Below are positions 60,556 to 64,000 of a stretch of DNA of 64,000 nt, piece by piece; position 1 is the stretch's first letter, and each line of letters begins with the position of its first letter. Under the pieces are notes generated by a model. The model saw nothing but the letters and a program-made list of their open reading frames with translations, was not told where the DNA came from and searched no databases. The stretch comes from an uncultured delta proteobacterium (GTDB lineage: Bacteria; Desulfobacterota; RBG-13-43-22). Location: contig CAWDKY010000028.1 in assembly GCA_963802945.1 (NCBI GenBank), positions 128,001 through 192,000 of the forward strand, given 5' to 3'. A program made the position numbers and the translations under genes.

Positions 60556-62637
60556 TCAAGACGAAGAACTGAATTTAGAGAACAGGGCAAAACGATTGAA
60601 CAGGGAAGTCAATTGAAAGAGTAAGGCCAAACGGTTATTTTTGATTTTTTCATCCGGGGCCATGACCAGAACTTGATCAAAAAAGGCATCGATGGTCGGA
60701 CGCAACTGGGCCAAATGGAGAAGGTATTCGGCATACCCTTTTTGCCGGAAAAGACTTTCCAACTCGGCTTGTTTCTCTTGGACTTTTTGGAAGAGTTCCT
60801 TTTCCTGAGGTTCTATTAATAATTCAGGTGTTACCTTTCCGGCGTCAGAAGGAGACATCCCTTTTAAGATATTCAAGGCCCGTTTGCAGCCGATGGCCAA
60901 CGATGGAAAATCCGGGTGCTCTTGAAATTCCTGAAGAGCCTGAGTCCGGAGTTTCACTTCACAGAAATCATCCCATTCGGTGGCCAAAACGGCCTCAATG
61001 GTTTCCCTTCCGATTCCTTCACCTTCCAACAAATACTGCAGACGCAAGGCAAAAAAGTCCCGAAGGTTTTGTTTGATGGTTGCGGCCTTTTCTTGAAACC
61101 GTCCTGAATACGGAATTAAGGCCTGTTCCAAGACCTTCTTTAAAGATAGGGGATAGCCTTTATCCCAAAGGATCAGGATAACGGCCTGGGCCTGGCGGCG
61201 TAAGGCATAAGGGTCAGCCGAGCCGGTGGGGATTTGACCCAGGCCGAAAAAACCGACTAAGGTATCCAGACGATCGGCCAAGCCGACCAAGGCCCCGGTG
61301 ATCGTCCTGGGCAGGGCACTTCCCACCGAAACCGGCAGATAGTGCTCAAAGATTCCTTGAGCTGTTTCTTCCTCCTCTCCGGATCGTAGTGCATATTCCC
61401 GGCCCATAATCCCCTGGAGAGTCGGAAACTCCCCTACCATCAGGGAAGTCAGATCGGCTTTGCACAATAGGGCACATCGTCTGATCATAGATTCTTTTTC
61501 CGGGGCCAGATTCCTGGAAAGATAAGCAGCCAGTTCAATAATCCGCTCAACTTTTTCAAAAGAGGTTCCCAAACGGGAATGAAATACCACGGTCTTCAAG
61601 GCGGCAACTTTTTCGGACAGAGGTTTTTTCAAGTCTTCCTTGAAAAAGAATTGGGCGTCAGAAAGGCGGGCCAGTAGGACCTTTTCGTGCCCTTGGACCA
61701 CATGGCGGGTATCCTTCACCCGGGTATTGTTGACGGCAATGAAACAAGGGAGCAGGTCACCATGCCCGTCGACCATGGGGAAATAGCGCTGATGCTCCTT
61801 CATGGAGGTAATCAGGACTTCGGGAGGTAATTTTAAAAAGTCAGGATCAAATCGACCGCAAACCGGTTCTGGAAATTCAATCAGAAAATTGACTTCCTGA
61901 ACTAATTCGGGATCGGCCAAAACCCGGCCCTTGAATTGGCCGGCCAAGGCCTCAACGGATTTCTGTAGCAGATCTTCCCGTTCTTTAGGGTCCACAATGA
62001 CCTGAGCCTGGCGGAGTTGCGATACATAATCCCCCGCTCCCTTGAGGGATATTGCCTCAGGGGCCATAAAACGATGCCCATAAGTCTGGTGGCCGGAGGA
62101 AATACCTTCCAAAGAAAAAGGGATCACCCGGTCCCCCAAAAGGGCAACGATCCAATGAATAGGGCGGGCAAAACGAAAAGATGAATTTCCCCAACGCATA
62201 AATTTAGGAAAAGGCAAATCTATAATCAATTGAGGCAGAAGTTCAGACAAGACCACAGCCGCTGGAAGTCCTTTGATGATCTTTGTTAGGCCCAGATAAA
62301 CCCCTTTGGGGGTTTCAATGAATTCCAATTCCTCAACATTCACCCCTTTGGCCTTGGCGAAACCAAGGGCGACTTTGGTTGGACGGCCGTCCAATGAAAA
62401 AGCCGCCTGTTTCGGAGGACCCATAATATTTTCCGTCTTATCCGATTGAAAAGGGGGAAGGCCGAAAATCAAAAGAGCCAGCCTTCGAGGCGTGCCGACG
62501 GTCTTTATTTCCCGGTGTTGGAGACGGGATTGTTGGAATCGCTCCTGGGCCAATTCTTTCATGGCCTCCAACGCCCCAGGGATAAAACGGGCCGGAATTT
62601 CTTCGGTCCCGATTTCGAACAATAAATCTTGTTCCAT
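60556..62637 (-). CDS. glyS: Glycine-tRNA ligase beta subunit
   Basis: LLFEIGTEEIP, TPRRL, FARPIHW, EFPTLQGIMG, DPYALRR. Confidence 0.97.
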   Translation of the reverse strand: MEQDLLFEIGTEEIPARFIPGALEAMKELAQERFQQSRLQHREIKTVGTPRRLALLIFGLPPFQSDKTENIMGPPKQAAFSLDGRPTKVALGFAKAKGVNVEELEFIETPKGVYLGLTKIIKGLPAAVVLSELLPQLIIDLPFPKFMRWGNSSFRFARPIHWIVALLGDRVIPFSLEGISSGHQTYGHRFMAPEAISLKGAGDYVSQLRQAQVIVDPKEREDLLQKSVEALAGQFKGRVLADPELVQEVNFLIEFPEPVCGRFDPDFLKLPPEVLITSMKEHQRYFPMVDGHGDLLPCFIAVNNTRVKDTRHVVQGHEKVLLARLSDAQFFFKEDLKKPLSEKVAALKTVVFHSRLGTSFEKVERIIELAAYLSRNLAPEKESMIRRCALLCKADLTSLMVGEFPTLQGIMGREYALRSGEEEETAQGIFEHYLPVSVGSALPRTITGALVGLADRLDTLVGFFGLGQIPTGSADPYALRRQAQAVILILWDKGYPLSLKKVLEQALIPYSGRFQEKAATIKQNLRDFFALRLQYLLEGEGIGRETIEAVLATEWDDFCEVKLRTQALQEFQEHPDFPSLAIGCKRALNILKGMSPSDAGKVTPELLIEPQEKELFQKVQEKQAELESLFRQKGYAEYLLHLAQLRPTIDAFFDQVLVMAPDEKIKNNRLALLFQLTSLFNRFALFSKFSSSS

Positions 62638-62761
62638 AAGCCTCTTTCTTAAATGAAATGATACACGATACAAAATCCAGGATGCAGGATAAATGTAAAA
62701 ATTAGGTAGCCTTTTCCCTTCATCACGAATCTGTTATTTTGTATCTTGCATCTCTTGCATA

Positions 62762-63640
62762 TCAGGCATCCTGATTAAGTAACGGAAACCCTAGGGCCTC
62801 TCTCTGGGAAAGATATTCCTGAGCCACTGCTCGGGCCATTTCCCGAATCCTTCCAATATATCCGGTCCTCTCCGTAACGCTGATGGCCCCCCGGGCGTCC
62901 AGGATATTAAACACATGAGAGCATTTAAGACAGAAATCATAAGACGGACGGGGCAAGTTCATGGCCGTTAACCTTTTGCTTTCCTGCTCATAAGAAATAA
63001 AAAGAGTTCTCAACTGTTCTACATCAGCCTGGTCAAAATTATAGGTTGAAAATTCAAATTCGTCTTGGTGATGGATTTCACCGTAAGAGATCCGGTCATT
63101 CCATTTCAGATCAAAGACGTTGTCCTTCTCCTGAATATACATGGCAATCCGTTCCAAGCCGTAAGTTAGTTCAACCGAAATGGATGACAGGTCAATGCCA
63201 CCGCATTGTTGAAAGTAAGTAAATTGGGTGATCTCCATTCCATCCAACCAGACCTCCCAACCCAGGCCCCAGGCCCCAAGTGTCGGTGATTCCCAGTCGT
63301 CTTCCACAAATCTCAGGTCGTGTTCCAGGGGATGTAGGCCAAAGCTCTCCAAACTTTTTAAATAAAGGTCCTGCACCTCCAGGGGAGAAGGTTTCAGGAT
63401 AACCTGATATTGATAGTAATGTTGTAACCGATTAGGGTTTTCGCCATAACGACCGTCGGTCGGGCGTCTGGAAGGCTCCACATAAGCGGCTTTCCAGGGT
63501 TCCGGACCCAAGACCCTCAGAAAAGTGGCCGGGTGAAAAGTCCCAGCCCCGACTTCCAGATCATAGGGTTGTAAAAGCAGACATCCCTGTTTGGCCCAAT
63601 AGCCGTTCAGGGCTTCAATTAATTCTTGAAAGGTTAGCAC
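62762..63640 (-). CDS. glyQ: Glycine-tRNA ligase alpha subunit
   Basis: [39 protein letters not shown]. Confidence 0.98.
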   Translation of the reverse strand: MLTFQELIEALNGYWAKQGCLLLQPYDLEVGAGTFHPATFLRVLGPEPWKAAYVEPSRRPTDGRYGENPNRLQHYYQYQVILKPSPLEVQDLYLKSLESFGLHPLEHDLRFVEDDWESPTLGAWGLGWEVWLDGMEITQFTYFQQCGGIDLSSISVELTYGLERIAMYIQEKDNVFDLKWNDRISYGEIHHQDEFEFSTYNFDQADVEQLRTLFISYEQESKRLTAMNLPRPSYDFCLKCSHVFNILDARGAISVTERTGYIGRIREMARAVAQEYLSQREALGFPLLNQDA

Positions 63641-63719
63641 ATAACCTCCTATTTTTATTTATAGTTTAAGGATCAAATTGAAGATCACGTTGCTTTCAGC
63701 TTTGAGCTGGCCTCTATGG

Positions 63720-64000
63720 TCATCCATAGATTTCCTGGATTTGTTTAAGATATCGGGCCGATCCCAGTTCCTTTCCCATAATTTGGCAATTAAAGGACTG
63801 CAAGAGGTCTTCAATTTCTCCCCTGATTGCTTGGGTAAAGCGAACCCGAAAAACATTGGGCAACTGCATGTTCATAGACTGGCGAATACTTTGAACCGCA
63901 CCGGGTGACAATCGAATCCCATTTTCTCCCTTAAGGCAGTTTGGGCAGAATACCCCTCCCCTGGACAAAGAAAAGAAAGGATCAGGAATCTCCTCGATTT
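63720..64000 (-). CDS. recO: DNA repair protein RecO, C-terminal part
   Basis: GGVFCPNC zinc-finger half, GKELGSARYL ending, and recO-glyQ-glyS gene order. Confidence 0.8.
   Translation of the reverse strand, partial: IEEIPDPFFSLSRGGVFCPNCLKGENGIRLSPGAVQSIRQSMNMQLPNVFRVRFTQAIRGEIEDLLQSFNCQIMGKELGSARYLKQIQEIYG

Noticed and set aside
1700-61400. KOPS (GGGNAGGG) polarity switch around dif
   Set aside because: An incomplete hand scan found both orientations on both sides, so it gives no support.

Overview
This is a chromosomal window of an anaerobic Desulfobacterota-like (deltaproteobacterial) bacterium. It is mostly housekeeping and acyl-CoA metabolism genes: pncB, thrC, rlmH, meaB, three thiolases, prfB, lnt, iorAB, hisD, lepB, surE, cobO, two acyl-CoA dehydrogenases, ftsY, smc, glyS, glyQ and recO. 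Many genes carry single-base frameshifts that look like assembly indel errors. Three accessory regions stand out. (1) At 1.1-7.5 kb is an SOS-type cassette of lexA, an inactive RadA/RecA-like gene, a small arCOG07300-like gene and an archaeal-type PolB2 polymerase. It has a palindromic LexA operator, is interrupted by vapBC and fic genes, and ends beside a very AT-rich tract holding a candidate XerCD dif site. (2) At 51.6-54 kb is a cluster of small GXXXG/HMA-like membrane proteins plus a protein built of exact 22-residue repeats, resembling ferrosome accessory genes but lacking the P1B-ATPase. (3) At 54.1-60.5 kb is an integron-type cassette array with four attC sites and defence-like cargo but no integrase, bracketed by two copies of a promoter, small ORF and attI-like module, one of them interrupted by an IS630. 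Also seen are a candidate structured ncRNA, a probable NrdR box upstream of smc, and several repeat families. All family calls are by eye from motifs; no database search was run.
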